From NCBI GenBank assembly GCA_032718475.1, contig JAUCBJ010008594.1, positions 77,249 to 141,248 of the forward strand: a stretch of DNA of 64,000 nt, given 5' to 3'. The DNA comes from Nemertoderma westbladi. Lineage: Eukaryota > Animalia > Xenacoelomorpha. Each line of letters begins with the position of its first letter. Position 1 is the stretch's first letter. Position numbers and translations under genes: made by a program. Under the pieces are notes generated by a model. That model saw only the letters and a program-made list of their open reading frames with translations. It ran no database searches and was not told the origin of the DNA. Positions 1 through 13,600 of the stretch are shown one piece after another.

Positions 1-724
1 TACGCCACGAGAGTAACTAGGGGTTTTATGTATACAAATATGAATAGGCATATTACATTACTGTAACTTAATCAAAATGCGTCGGATTTTCGAAAGTTTT
101 TACGTTAAAGTTAAACTACAAATGCTATCTTATAGTGAAATAATTCATCATTAGGTTTCCGCGAATTGGATTCCATTATTATTCATTGTCTAATGAGACC
201 GAGTCATAGCCAGCGCGCGAACAAAGCGTCTTATGCTATGACTCTAAGTTAAAGAAATATCAGTCAAATAAATATGGGAAACTTTAGTCAGTATGTGTAG
301 TCAGTATGTGTATGTGGAGTCAGTATGTGTAGTTTATGCAGTGTTTGTTATGTGATATGTTACGATGTGAATTGAGTTGAGTTAATAGATATGCGTTCTT
401 ATGACTCTAGCCTCTGATGTTCTTAGGGCAAAGTCTAAAACGTCAGAACTTCAGAATGAATCCAGAATGAAGAAGGATTCTAGGAAAAAAGGTAGCGCAT
501 GCGCCATTTTCCGTAGGCCGCTATTAACAGGGCCGGGGAGATTGCTCTGATTGGCTGAAATATGTCAAACAAAGAAAATTCCACACACAAAGAAACAGCT
601 GGCAGATTTCGTCATCTCAGTCCTGTATTTCCTGACAGACGCGTAGGTGAACAATTCTAAGCCCTTTTTAGAGTATTTAGCGCATTGCGTAAAATGACTT
701 GTTATGTCCGCAAAAGCTTTTACA
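1..724 (-). repeat. Partial 3' LTR of the older, minus-strand BEL/Pao element (runs off the window start)
   Basis: On the minus strand, the tract TCCCATTTTCTGGGAGCGG is followed at 724 by TGTAAAAAGCTTTTGCGGA. This mirrors the PPT/LTR junction of the nested copy at 19111-19148 (TCCCATTTTCTGGGAGCGG-TGTAAAGGCTTTTGCGGA). The rest of this LTR is diverged from the nested LTR. Confidence 0.75.
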
Positions 725-1086
725 CCGCTCCCAGAAAATGGGATTTAAGTCTATAAAATATAAAAAATCACAGTTTCTAATATATAAAAAATACTCTAAA
801 CTATCAGTCCTTCTTTCGCGATCGGCATTTACGAAGTTTTTTGAGACTGGTGAGAGTCTTTTTCTCTTTGGGGCGAGCCACTTTACTAGGAGGGCTATAA
901 CTCCTGGGGGAAGGGTGCCACAATTGCATCAGAAGGGTTTGGATTACGGTCGGTTTATCCGCCGGTCGAGGTACCCGGTTGATCGATGTCGACATCAGTG
1001 GATTGGCAGTGAACAACCTTTAGGGCTCGTTTCAGGACGGCAGCTCGTACTGGTCCTTGATGGGTTGTCTGTACGATAGCGGTAGG

Positions 1087-3808
1087 TTAACCGTGTATAG
1101 TGAAAAATTTCCTCGGTTTATTTGTTCTTTCTAATTCGCATTCACTGGCTTTATATTGATATGGTCTTCTATGAACTTCTTGCAACTCGGGATGTGCGTT
1201 TATGAATAAGTCACTGTATTCAGGAACTTGGCGGATAAAGTTAATCAAGTTATAAGAATCCAAGCTATTGGGGTTGATATTTCTCAGATATTTGCAAACG
1301 TATTTGGTTGAAATGTTCTCACCAACACGTTTCATCAGTTCGTAACTGGGAGTGTGAAATTTTTGTTCAACGGAGGAAAAGAGGTATGGGTGAAACGCAT
1401 AAACTCCTTCATATGCACGTCCTGGATAGTATCTGTGACGTGATTCGCAATGGAGATCCGCATTAGCTTCCCAAGATCTGATGTAGCGCAATGCAACTAT
1501 TTCGTCCGCACTTTCTAGGTCTCGGTTGAAAGGGCAATCGAAACTAGCATGTCCTTTGAATTGGCAGTGGTGACATTGAGTCATAAATTGAGGACAAACA
1601 GTGAAAATATGCTGATTGTTAAGTCCGACAATAAGCACAATAAATTTCCATAGTAGGTTGGTCTTTAAAGTAGGAGCAGGGTTTGTTGGAGTCCACTGGG
1701 GTAAAGTGGTCCCGTGATGCACATAATCAGCAACGTTTCCTAGAAATGTAATTGGCATGCCGATAATCATATGCTGTGAGACATTGTCGACCTTGATACC
1801 ATTCCAACACATAATCATTATCGCAACTCCTGGGCGTTGCAGGTTGGATTTCTTCAGATTCCAAGCAAATTGGTTCTTCTTCAACTTGCATAGCTTCGAT
1901 AGATGTAGCAGTTTTCTCAAGGGAACCCACCGTTTAAACTTCCACAATAGAGTATCCCGTGGGGATTTGGGGTCTTTGTATGACAGATTAATGTAGATTC
2001 TGTATACAAACGTCCTTAAAATTGGCAAATCCAGCGCTATCCAACTTCTCAGCAGCGGAATCTCTCAAGCTGAGTTTGGTCAAAGCGCAGTCTTTAAACT
2101 GACTGTCAACGTTACGGAACGGAGTCAGAAAGCGCCTAAAGCATTCAAATCGGATGAATTTATTGTGTTCATCTAGCTTAGCGAGTTTAGTTCCAAGCAC
2201 TAAGGGATGAGCACGTATAGTTCGACTGCACACATCGGCTAGCCAACCGCTTCTCCAGCTTCTCAAAGATGGTATATATAGCTAATGAGGGACGGAGTGG
2301 AACACTCATAAAGTTATAAACGACTCCAGGTGCTGTTAATGGTCCGTCAAAATATAATCACGAATAATGGTCACCATATATTTGTTGATAACTGACGGGA
2401 TTCCCAACTTTAAAATTCCATCCGTATTCGTGGAACGCCAGATGTCCGATGGAGGTCCTTTGTACTTTGTTGATTCCATTCGGTGTATTGCATACATAGT
2501 CCCATGGTGCAATCAATTGAGTGTCTACGAAAGGATATGGGATATTCTCCATATTTCTAAAGTCATTTTGGAGATCTCCATAAATGGCTGAACCGATCTT
2601 AAATATTCTCTCGTCAAACAGCATCTCGAGGACTGGTTGGGGTAGCATAGATCCATCTATACCCATGGCAGGTTTGCGTTCGGTATTGGTTACATAACAT
2701 TGCACGAGTTCGAATTGTCCATGTCGAAGTTTCTTTTGTATCTCTGTGAGAGTCTCAAAAGAGTAATTGATTGCGTTGGAACAAGCCCGAGTAAAAACAT
2801 GGGTAGAACCAGCTAATCCTCGTATATGTATCATTCTCGTAGTTCCTAGTTCTCCAACAGGAACACTACCTTCGTTATCGTAAGTAACAACTCCGTACAT
2901 TTCGATAATGTTAAGAGTTTCGTTCCACTCTTTGGTGGCTTTTTCTATGGTCATGCCCACCGGATGCCATAATGTCGTGTGGTCGCTGGGGTTAGGTAAA
3001 TCGCGATATTTCAAATAATGCATAGTATGTGTAGCTTCATCTCCATATCTATGTATTCTTTCTTCTTCAAACAATACATCTAGATTCCAATGGACTAATC
3101 GAGTTTTAATAAATCCATCGAGATTATATGGAGGTATTACGTCATTTTCTATTCTTTAAACATTATAAGGTTTTCTAAATGAGTTTACTTTAACCAATTG
3201 ATCTAAGTGTTTTTGTAGTTGTTCGAGTTCAACAATATCGAGGGGATTTATCCAAGGTAGATAGATACCTTAAACTATGTGTAGTATCTTCGGGTTTCAC
3301 CATATAATATTGAGTTAAATGGACATAATAGGGGTGATCTTTGATTCCGTAAAATGAGTTCTGTAAAGGTCTAGCGCGTATGTTAACCTCGTGGACCATA
3401 CGACGGACAAGATCCGCTCGATTGTCCGGAGGTTCAACGAGTATACCGTCGACATGAGCAGCTTCGATTGGCAGACGTTGTAACATAGGAGCATCAGCGA
3501 TAAGATCTCTAGATCTTAAGTTGATATCAACCAGTTGAGGTTGTGCTGTCGCGAAGAGTTTATCTCCGAAATGAGGAACCATCGAAGGATGAGTGATGGT
3601 TTTGGAATAGAGATCAGTCATAAGTATTTGAGCTTCAGGTTGGGCTAAAGCTGCTTCTTCTCTCTCGTCCATTTCGATATGTTTCTCCTCGAGCTGATTC
3701 TCCTCCGCTTGTCTTTGAAAGCGTTCGTCTAAGAACTCTTGTAGCGAATATGTACAAGTTCAATATATTCCTCCAGATTCTTGAATTCACGATCGAACTG
3801 GGGCAAAG
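1087..3808 (-). pseudogene. Degenerate extra ORF (env position) of the older BEL element: DEDDy/RNase D-WRN-EXD-like 3'-5' exonuclease plus CCHC zinc knuckles
   Basis: Co-oriented ORF pieces at 3229-3672, 2358-3074, 1988-2266, 1727-1930 and 1087-2028 are broken by stops and frameshifts. Motifs: ExoI-like GVVTYDNEG, ExoII-like LPQPVLEMLFDERIFKIGSAIYGDL, FVDTQ, SIGHLAFHEYG, and knuckle CHHCQFKGHASFDC. Confidence 0.7.
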
Positions 3809-5015
3809 TGTAAAGGCTTTTGCGGATCTAGCTAGTCATTTTCCCCGCAAAGTACTCTGTAGGTGTTTTAGCGGACATAAAAAGCCGTTTTCTTACTGTG
3901 TAGGTGTTTTAGTGGACATAAAAAGCCATTTTTCTGTATGTGTACTTTAGCGGACATAACAAGCAATTTTATGCCACAATACGCCAAAATACTCTTAATA
4001 CAGTGTAGTTCAGATGACGACATCTATCAGCTGATATGTCGACGTGGAGCTTTTGGCTTTCTTTGTTCAGGCTCACTCACTCGACCAATCAGAGCGATTT
4101 TCATTTTATTTGCACAGAAGCCTCCGGGAAATCGCGCAATGCATTATGGTCTTTGTTTACCTTTTTTCCTGAGCCCAGAACATCGGCTTTGGAATTATTC
4201 TGTGTTTCAGACTTTAGCCAAACATTAGAACGGCTTTGATTATAGAAACGTATAACTGTTATCAAATCAATGCATAATTCACAACAAACCAAATCATACA
4301 CTGCATATCATACTATACATACCTTTCACCGCATTATTTTACTGCTATTTACTGTCGGTTATTAATTGTTATCAGTTGATGGATATGTTGTTATATTTGG
4401 AGAATATCGATAAATAATCATAAAACCCCAATCTTCTTGATATACTGAAGGTTAGAGAGACCGGTTACATATAGCAATTGCGACTTACATTATAGTGGTT
4501 TTGGAGTGAATTGAATGCTATTTCATAGACCCTACATGTGTCAGTTGCTGTTCTCCTTATATATGATTAAAATTAGTGAAGGTCGGCAGATCAGTGTGCA
4601 GCAGTGTGCAGTAGTGTGCATGAGTGTGATAGATAACAAAGCATTTCCTAAAGAATGCGCCTTATACGAAAATCAATAGCCATCCCATTGTGTTTAGTGT
4701 AAGTCATAACTCTGTTTACATACTTAGAGCGCCACGTCCTAAAGGAACTGTTAATATTTCCCGAAAGTAAATAATATTTGTCAGAGATATTATAGTAACG
4801 ATCAATCGAATAGTACAGTAAGCCTACACCGCAATAGGGTCAGAGCATCCGAATCCAGTCTCCCTTAACCGTGGGTGAATGATCGCGCATAGGCTGGCTT
4901 CGGCTAATGTAACTTTATGTGTATCAAATACTTGTTATAGGCTAAAGTCGATTTATAACCTAGAAGACACCTAAATTTGGCAGGTTAAACTGCTAAAGGT
5001 CTAAAAGCGCGAACA
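3809..5015 (+). repeat. 5' LTR
   Basis: TGTAAAGG...GCGCGAACA, a direct repeat of 19130-20336 with about 9 substitutions spotted by eye. Contains three ~42-bp subrepeats (TTTAGCGGACATAA core) at about 3857-3970. Confidence 0.96.
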
Positions 5016-5065
5016 ATAACAGTTATTTCTTTCTTTATTGCAACGAAGGCAATAAAGGCAAAAGT

Positions 5066-5621
5066 CAACTCGCTCACTGAGGTCGCCTACAGCGTTGCTG
5101 TTGAGCCGATGCTCCAGCCGTTATCCGGTGAAACTTTCACCCATCGTACCACCTCGACGGACCAGCAGGCGAGGCTGGATGTGTCTGTGAGCGGCTTCTG
5201 GGGAAACCGATTCCAGCGGTCGTTCATCGACGTGTCCGTGTTTAACCCGCTGGCGGCGATGAACGCGGCTATGTCCCTAGACGCAGCGCACCTCCACCAC
5301 GAGAATCGTAAGATTCTTAAGTACGAGGAGAGGATACGGGAGGTGGAACATTCTACTTTCGTCCCCCTCATATTCTCGGCCTTTGGCGGGATGGCGCCGA
5401 CCACGCGCCAGTTTGTTAAGCGCCTGGGACAGAAGCTCGCAGACAAACGCGAGGTCACGTACTCGGAATGCGTCACGTGGATCCGGCGCAAGTTAAACTT
5501 CGCGTTGCTTCGTTCCTCCCTGCTCTGCCTTCGAGGTTGTAGGTCAGCCTCTAAATGGCCGGTTCATTGTCCAGTGTCTGATGCCTCCATTCGGTTGGAC
5601 AACGCCGACACTGAGCCGTAG
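5066..5621 (+). mobile_element. 3' fragment of a CRE-like non-LTR retrotransposon (restriction-like endonuclease domain)
   Basis: GC-rich ORF end EP..L...ARLDV..GFW....FIDV.V....HE.RK..KY....FVPL.F...GG....FALLR....CLRG.R, the typical PD-(D/E)xK RLE C-terminus; 5'-truncated. Confidence 0.8.
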
Positions 5622-7649
5622 CCTGGTAGTACAGCGCAGTCGTACAGGCCTACAATAGCTGACCAGTAGGCCTACAACATAAACAACCAACTGTTTTGAA
5701 TTTCCCCCTTACATCCGTATCACTGTACCTCATTGTATAAATCAGATTTGGTGATAGGGTGTAATAGTGCAATTTGAAATCCATTGTATCAACTATGTTA
5801 TTATACTATCATTCTCACCTAACCACCCGAACCGGTACTTACAGCAGTACAGGTACATCAGTATTATTCGATTTTGATAATTATATACCGGTAGGTCTTG
5901 ATATTTAATCAGGGACTGCAGCCCTGGTTTTTTATTGGGATTTTACTTATTTCTGTCAGTTTTATTTATCTGTAAGTTAATATTGAGCAGAAAGCGTGTA
6001 AGCCTGCTCAGATTGTATAAATAATTTGTAGGCTGGATTGTTGTCTGGCTGTTGTTAAGTCTGAAGAGATTGCAGTGTGTGTAGAGTGTATGCCCGATAA
6101 AGTACTAGTTAGGAACGTGGGGGCATCCAGTGCTGTAAGGTAAATCCCCCCCGAAAGAATAAGTCGTACTACTCGGTTAGAACGCATACTAACTAACCAT
6201 TTCGGAGTCTGCATATACTGTAGTTTATTTAGGCTTGATAGTAGCCTGCCAGCATTTGGTTTGTATTTCGTTTGTATAGTCTGTACGGGTAGCGTAATAT
6301 TTATTATTCAGAGTATATGCGATTATTCGCAACATTCACAACCCCAAGTTTATTCCTACAGTAATTGTGCTTGTTATACATACCGTTATAGTTAAATTAA
6401 CCCCGGTACTACATCAGGGCTGTTTGGCGTAGGTAAAGACTGGTGATTTTATGCTCTGGTCACTCCGGCAGATACCGTGGTTCTTTTAGCTGTACAAGTA
6501 TTTTTAACTGCTGGTTATTTGTTGTATAAGTACTTGTACCTAATTTAGGGTTTAGTGTACAGTGCTTTCCGAAGGTAATTAGTGTGTAGGCAGTATATTT
6601 GTGTTGTAAAGTGGTTAATAGGCACGTTAGCTATAGTAGGCTGCGGTAATTAACTTCTAGGTAGGAACACTCCGGGTACATAACGTAGTACTTATAGCGC
6701 TACGGCTATAAGTCGTCAGAAGGTGGTATTTTCTTATCTAGACAACGCAATATATTTACTACTGCTTTATTATTTTCAAATACCGTAGTATCCTGTCCGT
6801 TTGTAATAACCAGATATTCTAACTCCTTGTTAGGCTGGTTTGTAGATTTCCTGTAAAATTAACCCTAAAAATTCATACGTGTAATTTTTGTGTTTATTTA
6901 GAGATTGTAATCTCACCCCGTATTGTACGAAATTTGTAGTAATAAGTAACTTAGGCAAGTAGAATTATTTGTTTTAGTGTCCAACAAGTAGCACTTCACT
7001 GAGAGCGTACAGCTTTTGTGTAGTGACTCCTTCCCAGAAATAATAACATTTATTTCAAATATTTAACAAAACCCATTAAACGGGTATATATATTATAAAT
7101 CAACTCAAACCGATTTATAAAATAGTAGGCCTGTCATACAACAATTAGGTCTTAATATCAGTTGGACTACTGCTTAAATAATGGTAATAAAGTAAAGTAA
7201 AGTAACTAAGTAACTCTAAAAATTCGGAAATTCAATTATTCTAAAATAATTGACGTACCGGTATTTACGATAGGCTTATTATATTTATTTCTATAAATTT
7301 AGGCTGAAAATATATACCGGTATTCTGTAATTAATTCTAGTCTATAATTATACTTATGTATACACTATAAGTGTAAGCTGTATACCGGTATTCACGTTAG
7401 GCTTATTATATATCTATATATTTGCGCTGATATTATATACCGGTATTCTGTGACGAACCCTAATAATTCGATCCGTAATAATACTTATATATACTATAAG
7501 TGTATACCGGTATTCTAATATATTGTATATATATCACGTTACATAGAGTGACGATATCGTATTTAATTACTAGGCTAACAGTGATACTGAATTATTAGAC
7601 TTGCTTTAACTGTAATTATAGCAGTAGGCATTCAACTGTACAAACAAAC

Positions 7650-10600
7650 ATGTCTGACACAAAGCAAAACCTGTCAGACAGTCTCCTAGATACAACCATC
7701 TGTGATCCAGATAGGAGTGTGGAACGTTTGAGACCGAAGTTCAACTCACCTCCTACTGTAAGAAAGATCACCCCTCCAGTAGTAGTATCAGACCCTAGGC
7801 TAGTCAAACACCGTAGGTCTATCATAGGCACTCGGGCTCAAGTCAAGCGGGACCAAGAAGCAGCTGTTAAACAGCAGCAACACTCGAGCCGAGAACTTAT
7901 TTCTCAGCGGCCCGATAGCTCCAGTAGTTCAGATACTGTAGAGCTGACACCCGAGCGAGGAGCGATGCGGTTTATTCGGTTCCCCTTCTCATTCTTCCTG
8001 CAGCCGTACTCACTAGGGTATTGATTGCGGTGGAGGAACACCAAATTGATTGGGCGAGAAGTAAGCGATCGACCAAGGACAGTTATACGGGATACACAAG
8101 GGAGGAACTGAAGTCTATTGTCGAGTCGCAATGGAACTTCCCCGGACCTGGACTCCCGTTTAACTTATCGGAAGCTGCCTGGGAAGACTTACACAGGATG
8201 GGAGTGACAAAAGACACTAGTGATCCAGCTGTGTGGAAGAGGTCGGCAGCAGGATATGTACAGAGATTCTTCAGCTCTTTGGAGCGATTAGAGGAACAAC
8301 TGTTTCAACAACCCCAAGGACCTCAAGAGCAGGGAGAGCTGCTTTATCAAGTTCGAGAAAGAATTCTAAGAATCAGACTAATCCTATCGGCCTTTGAGGA
8401 AGCTTCGAAAAGAAGACAAGACACGTCGTTGCAAGTTGCCGTAAAGACTTGGTTTCAGCGGGTGAGTCTCAAGGTTCAAGGAACGGCCCAGTGGAAATTT
8501 CAGCTGGCTGAGCGCTCAACCCACGGAGAATCAACAGACGCTACCTTTTCTCAAGTGGAAAGCGAAGCAACAGCAGAGAAACCGCAGAAGAAGGACGCTA
8601 TTGACATCTATCTGTCAGATTATCAACGATTTCTAGGTGACGAAGAGTTGAGGAGAAGGCTGGCTGGACTTCGTCCTAATAGTGAAGGAGCCAAGTTTGT
8701 GCTGGATGCAATAGATGCGGAAATGTTAGCTGCGAACCAAGCTAAATTTGATGAAAGTAGCCGCATCGCTAGGGTTCAGGAAGGACGCAAGTGAAAGAAA
8801 AAACGTATAGAAGACAGAAAGATAGCAGCAGCGGCAGCGGCAGCGGCAGAAGTTGAAAGAAAAGTGGCAGCGGCAGCGGCAGAGGCAGAGGCTGAAAGAA
8901 AGGCGGCAGAAGCGGAAAGGAAAGCGGCAATGGCAGCGGCAGAAGTGGAAAGGAAAGCGACAATGGCAGCCGCAGAAGCGGAAAGAAAAGAGGCAGAAGC
9001 AGAAAGAAAGGTAGCAGTGGCAGAAGCGGAAAGAAAAGCGGCAGAGGCAGTGGCAGAAGCAGAACGGAGGGCATCTGAAGAGACCACCCAACTAGAGTTA
9101 GAAAATCTTCAAGAGAAGCAAGACTACATAGATAAACAAAGAACAGCTAGTCAGTGGCAGATGATGAGTCGATCTACTCCCAAAAGACAGGGATTTACAT
9201 CATCTGATGAAGGCGATACAACAGATCCTGAAGGTGGAGGAAATAGATCTCGTCTAAGTAGGCGTAGAAGAACGCCCCACCGTCAGAAATTGCCTAATTT
9301 GCCCCCAGCTGTGAGAAGGCAACTAGCTAGCACAGACTTAGGTAGTACAGAACCCACAGACCAAATTATTAGAGTAGAAAGACTCCCTACTATAGTGGAC
9401 GAACCTGAAATAATTAGGCCTGTTCTCGAAGCCACTCCCTCTGTAACAGAGACCACTGTACTTCCAGAACCGAACTATAAATTCCCTTTGTACAGTACTA
9501 AACTACCTGTATCCGGTGGGATAGTTCCTCAGTCAACTCCGGTCCTGGACGCTGAGCGAGTCATTAACAATTTGTCGCCCGTCGTCCCTCATCTGCGTGC
9601 TACTATGTTGGCGGCTCCCGCTTCGGCGGTTGAGTGGGTGGATGAGCGACGGCGGGGGATGGATATTCTCCTCGGGAAGATGGAGGAGAATCAGGCTCGC
9701 TCCTCCCAACAGGTCCGAGAGTTGGAGGGGACTGTTCAACAGTTAAAGGGAACAGTAAGAGAAATTAAGTTAGAATTACAGGAAGTGCAGCAGAGTATCG
9801 CGTTAGAACGCGATAAGTTAGTAAATCTACAAAAGGGTATACCAACACCCCCTGTAACAATGTGTCAACCTGTTAGGTCTGAAGTATTTCATGCGCAAGG
9901 TGTGGAGCCTACACGCATCTATACTGCTAGTGAAGTAGAAACTCCTATAGTAAACCCTATTAAAGGTAATTATAAACCTGTTGACAATGATATTCCATAT
10001 AGACCTGATAATAATCCGAGAAATTTATATACCGATAACTCGATATTAACTAATACGATGGCCCAAGAAAGTTTTACGCGTCAAATGGCTAGAACCGAAG
10101 CCCGTCAAGCGGTAAAGGTGGGAGAGATCGTCAAGTTCAATGGAGATGAGATGAAATGGTAACCTTTTAATGAATATTACAAAGATAACATACAGAACTC
10201 TGTGCTATCTAACGGAGAGAAACTTAGATTCCTCATCGAGTGCTTGGAAGGATCTCCCAAGTTAATGGCGTTAAAGTTTATTGGACATCCAGATGGATTA
10301 AGCCAAGTTTGGAATACCTTAAACATCAGGTATGGTAATAGGAATAACATAGCTAGGTATTTGTATGCAAAATTGGTAGCGCCCCGAAAGTTCATTAGCA
10401 GCGGGATTATAGAGTTTTCCGATGAGATTCAGGAGATCTGTAGACAATTAGATTGGCTAGGTAAGTCTCATGAATATCAGAGTTCTATGGTTATTGGAGC
10501 CGTGGCATCTACTTTGCCAAAGGGTGGAGTAGGTACACGCTGGGATAAGAAAGTGTTATATATGATGGAACAGCAACGACGAGACCCTACCATGGCTGAT

Positions 10601-13600
10601 CTCATGTCATTCTTAGATGGAGAGGTAAAATTACAGCTCCTAAAGCAGTCCAGAGAGAAGACACCGGAAAATAAGGTAAGTGAGAAACCTGTTTCTAGGA
10701 GAAAGGTAACACCAGTGTGTTATACAGACGACGGCGAAAGCCAGGCTTCTCAAGAGGAGGACAGCGGGAAAGACACTGAAAGAGCTTACTATGTCAACAG
10801 ACAGTGCCTAAAGACGTAAGTAAATTTAAGTCTCGAACCAATGACAGGAGAGAACAGGTAAGAAAAACTCCTCCTACGTCTCCTAAGAGAATTCATGGAA
10901 GAAAGCCCGAGGAAAGAACGAGTGTGCACAACGTTACCCAAAGTAAGGTAAGTAACATCAAACCAAAATGTGTGCTGTGCGACGGGCCCCACCGTTTAAG
11001 TGTGTGTGATGAATTCCTGAGGAAATCCCTAATAGATAGACGTGAAGTCATGTGGAATAAGCGGTTGTGTTATAATTGCCTCAGGCAAGGACACCAACGG
11101 CGAACCTGTTACTCCGACGCAAGGTGTGCTAAGTGCGACGCGAAACATCATATCTTGTTGCACACTGAATTCGAAAGAAACAACCAGAGTCAGGTAAGTG
11201 AGTCCGAACTACATGTCCAATTCAGTGATGTGAACGGCACTGACCAAAGTTCTGAGATGGAAGGATTCTATACGGATGAATTCTCCGACGAAAACGAATC
11301 CTGTTACCTAATAAATACCGCAGTGTATCGAGCACTTACGTATGAGAAAGAAACCGATAGTGAGCGCCCCCTAACTACTCCTGACCGACAACCATCTTGG
11401 AAAGCACCAACTTCCAACGTAGGAATCCGAGAATTTCCCGTAGTGCAGTTGAGAGTCCACGGGTCAGAAAAGAGCTATATAGTGAACACCCTACTTGACT
11501 CCGGCAGCACAGGAACATTCATCGACAAAGAACTAGCCGAAGACATCTTTACTGGACAACCCAAGTTCCGAACTAAGTTGAACATGTCAGGAATTATGCA
11601 GGTTTGGAAATCTACAGTAACTACAGACTATTATGTAGGCGCGTTGTCCACCCCCCAGGATGGACTAGGAGAACACAGTATAAGGTCAGTAAAAATGGTG
11701 GCGATAAAGAACTTCGCTACCAGCCAAGTGGAACCTTATAACTGGGATGAGGACGACTTCACCCAGCAGCATAAGATACCTAGATTCAACACAGACTATC
11801 CTGGAGTGCAAATACTCATCGGCCAAAATGCGCATGAGGCGCTTGAGACATTGGAGAAACGGCCTGCTCAACCGCAACCACTACAAACCTATGCGGGAAG
11901 AACTATAGTAGGTTGGTACTTTACTGGACTTTCCCGTAGAACTCTCATGGAAAGGCTACCCAAAGAACGAGTCTACCAGGTGAGTGAATGGGAAGAGGAG
12001 ATCAGTGAGGGAGACGACCCACCTGAGGGAACCCCATACTCCTCAGATAATGACGATATCCACCAACTCTTCGACGAGGAGAATACCATCGTCGACCTCC
12101 TTACGGAAAATGAAACTTGGCAAAACCAAGTGAACCTATGTCACCTCATTCATCCAACGGGGCAAATCGATTACAATGACGAACTGAATGAAGTATAGAT
12201 CGTTACAACGCGAAGACTCGCGATGAACACGCCGTACGATTCTTTACTCAAGAGGCTGTAGAGCCCAATTCCTACGATAAGGCCCTATCGGTAGAAGAAG
12301 AAAGAGCCAAGCAGATACAGGAAACAACTACACGTTTTCTTAAAGATCAAGGTAGATATGAGATTGGTCTGCCTTTCCGACGGCGAGAACCCAATTTTAT
12401 AAACAAAAAACCCTTGGCGGAGAAGATAATTGTGCAACTACATCGACGCCTTACGGCAAATGCTTCAGCTAAGGAGATGTACAAGACCCAGCTGAAGAAA
12501 TTCATTGACTAGGGATATGCGGAGCGAGTACCGGAAGGAACACCCATAACTGAGAGAATGTACTATTTAACACATCATTACGTTCTCAAACCCGGTAAAC
12601 CCAACGAAGTCTGGGTAGTATTTGACGGCTCCGCCCTCTACATGGGCCAATCCCTTAACTCCGAGTTGTTGCCAGGACCCAACTTACTCCAATCCTTGTT
12701 GGGAATACTCTTAAGATTACGACAATATTCAATAGCTTTCGCCTCCGATATAGAAGGCATGTTCTTACAAGTTAAAGCGCTGGATAGAGATCGAGACAGC
12801 CTACGATTTCTGTGGTGGCCTGAAGGAGACCTCAACCAGAAACCGGTGGAGTACTGGATGACCATCCAGGCTTTTGGGATCATCTCGAGTCCTTCAAACG
12901 CCTGCTCAGTGGTGCGTACCACTGCTGATGACAACCGGGACGCCTTCTCCAAAGAGGTTATCGACAACATCAAACGGGATATATACATGGACGACAATTT
13001 AAAGTCCCTCCCATCGGTGGAAGAAGCCATTGATGTCGCCAAAGGAACGGTAGAGTGCTTGAAAAGAAGTGGATTTCGATTAACTAAATTCACCAGCAAC
13101 TCCCGTGAGTTTCTGGAATCGATCCCGGTAGAAGACCGAGGAGTTAAAGATCTAGACCTTATCAAGGACGATCTTCCAGAAACCAAGACACTTGGTTTGA
13201 AATGGGACACGGAGAGAGATATCCTGTTTTTCCAGCTGAAACAGCGAGATAATCCAGTTCGGACTAAACGGATTTGTCTAAGTATCCTGAGCACTTATTT
13301 CGATCCATTGGGATTTATTAGCCCAGTTATATTGATTGCTCGGAGTTTAGTACAACAAATGTGGCTTGAAAACCACTCATGGGACGATCCACTTAAGGGA
13401 AAACTATTAAAGAAATGGATGAAATGGGAAGATTCTCTACCATCCATCGAGAACTTTATAATTTCCCGTTCATATTTTGGTCACATTCTCCCCACGTATT
13501 CCTATCAACTCCATGTGTTTGGAGACGCCAACGATATGGGAATAGGTATAGTAGCCTACCTGAGAGTTGAAACTTCGGATGGAATTAAGGTCGCCTTGGT

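Noticed and set aside
3938-4301. Short ORFs repeated at 19259-19622
   Set aside because: They lie inside the LTRs and recur only because the LTR does; no recognisable motifs.
8726-9091. Cys-rich, Leu/Pro-rich and Ala/Ser-rich minus-strand ORFs
   Set aside because: Antisense shadows of the Gag low-complexity repeat.
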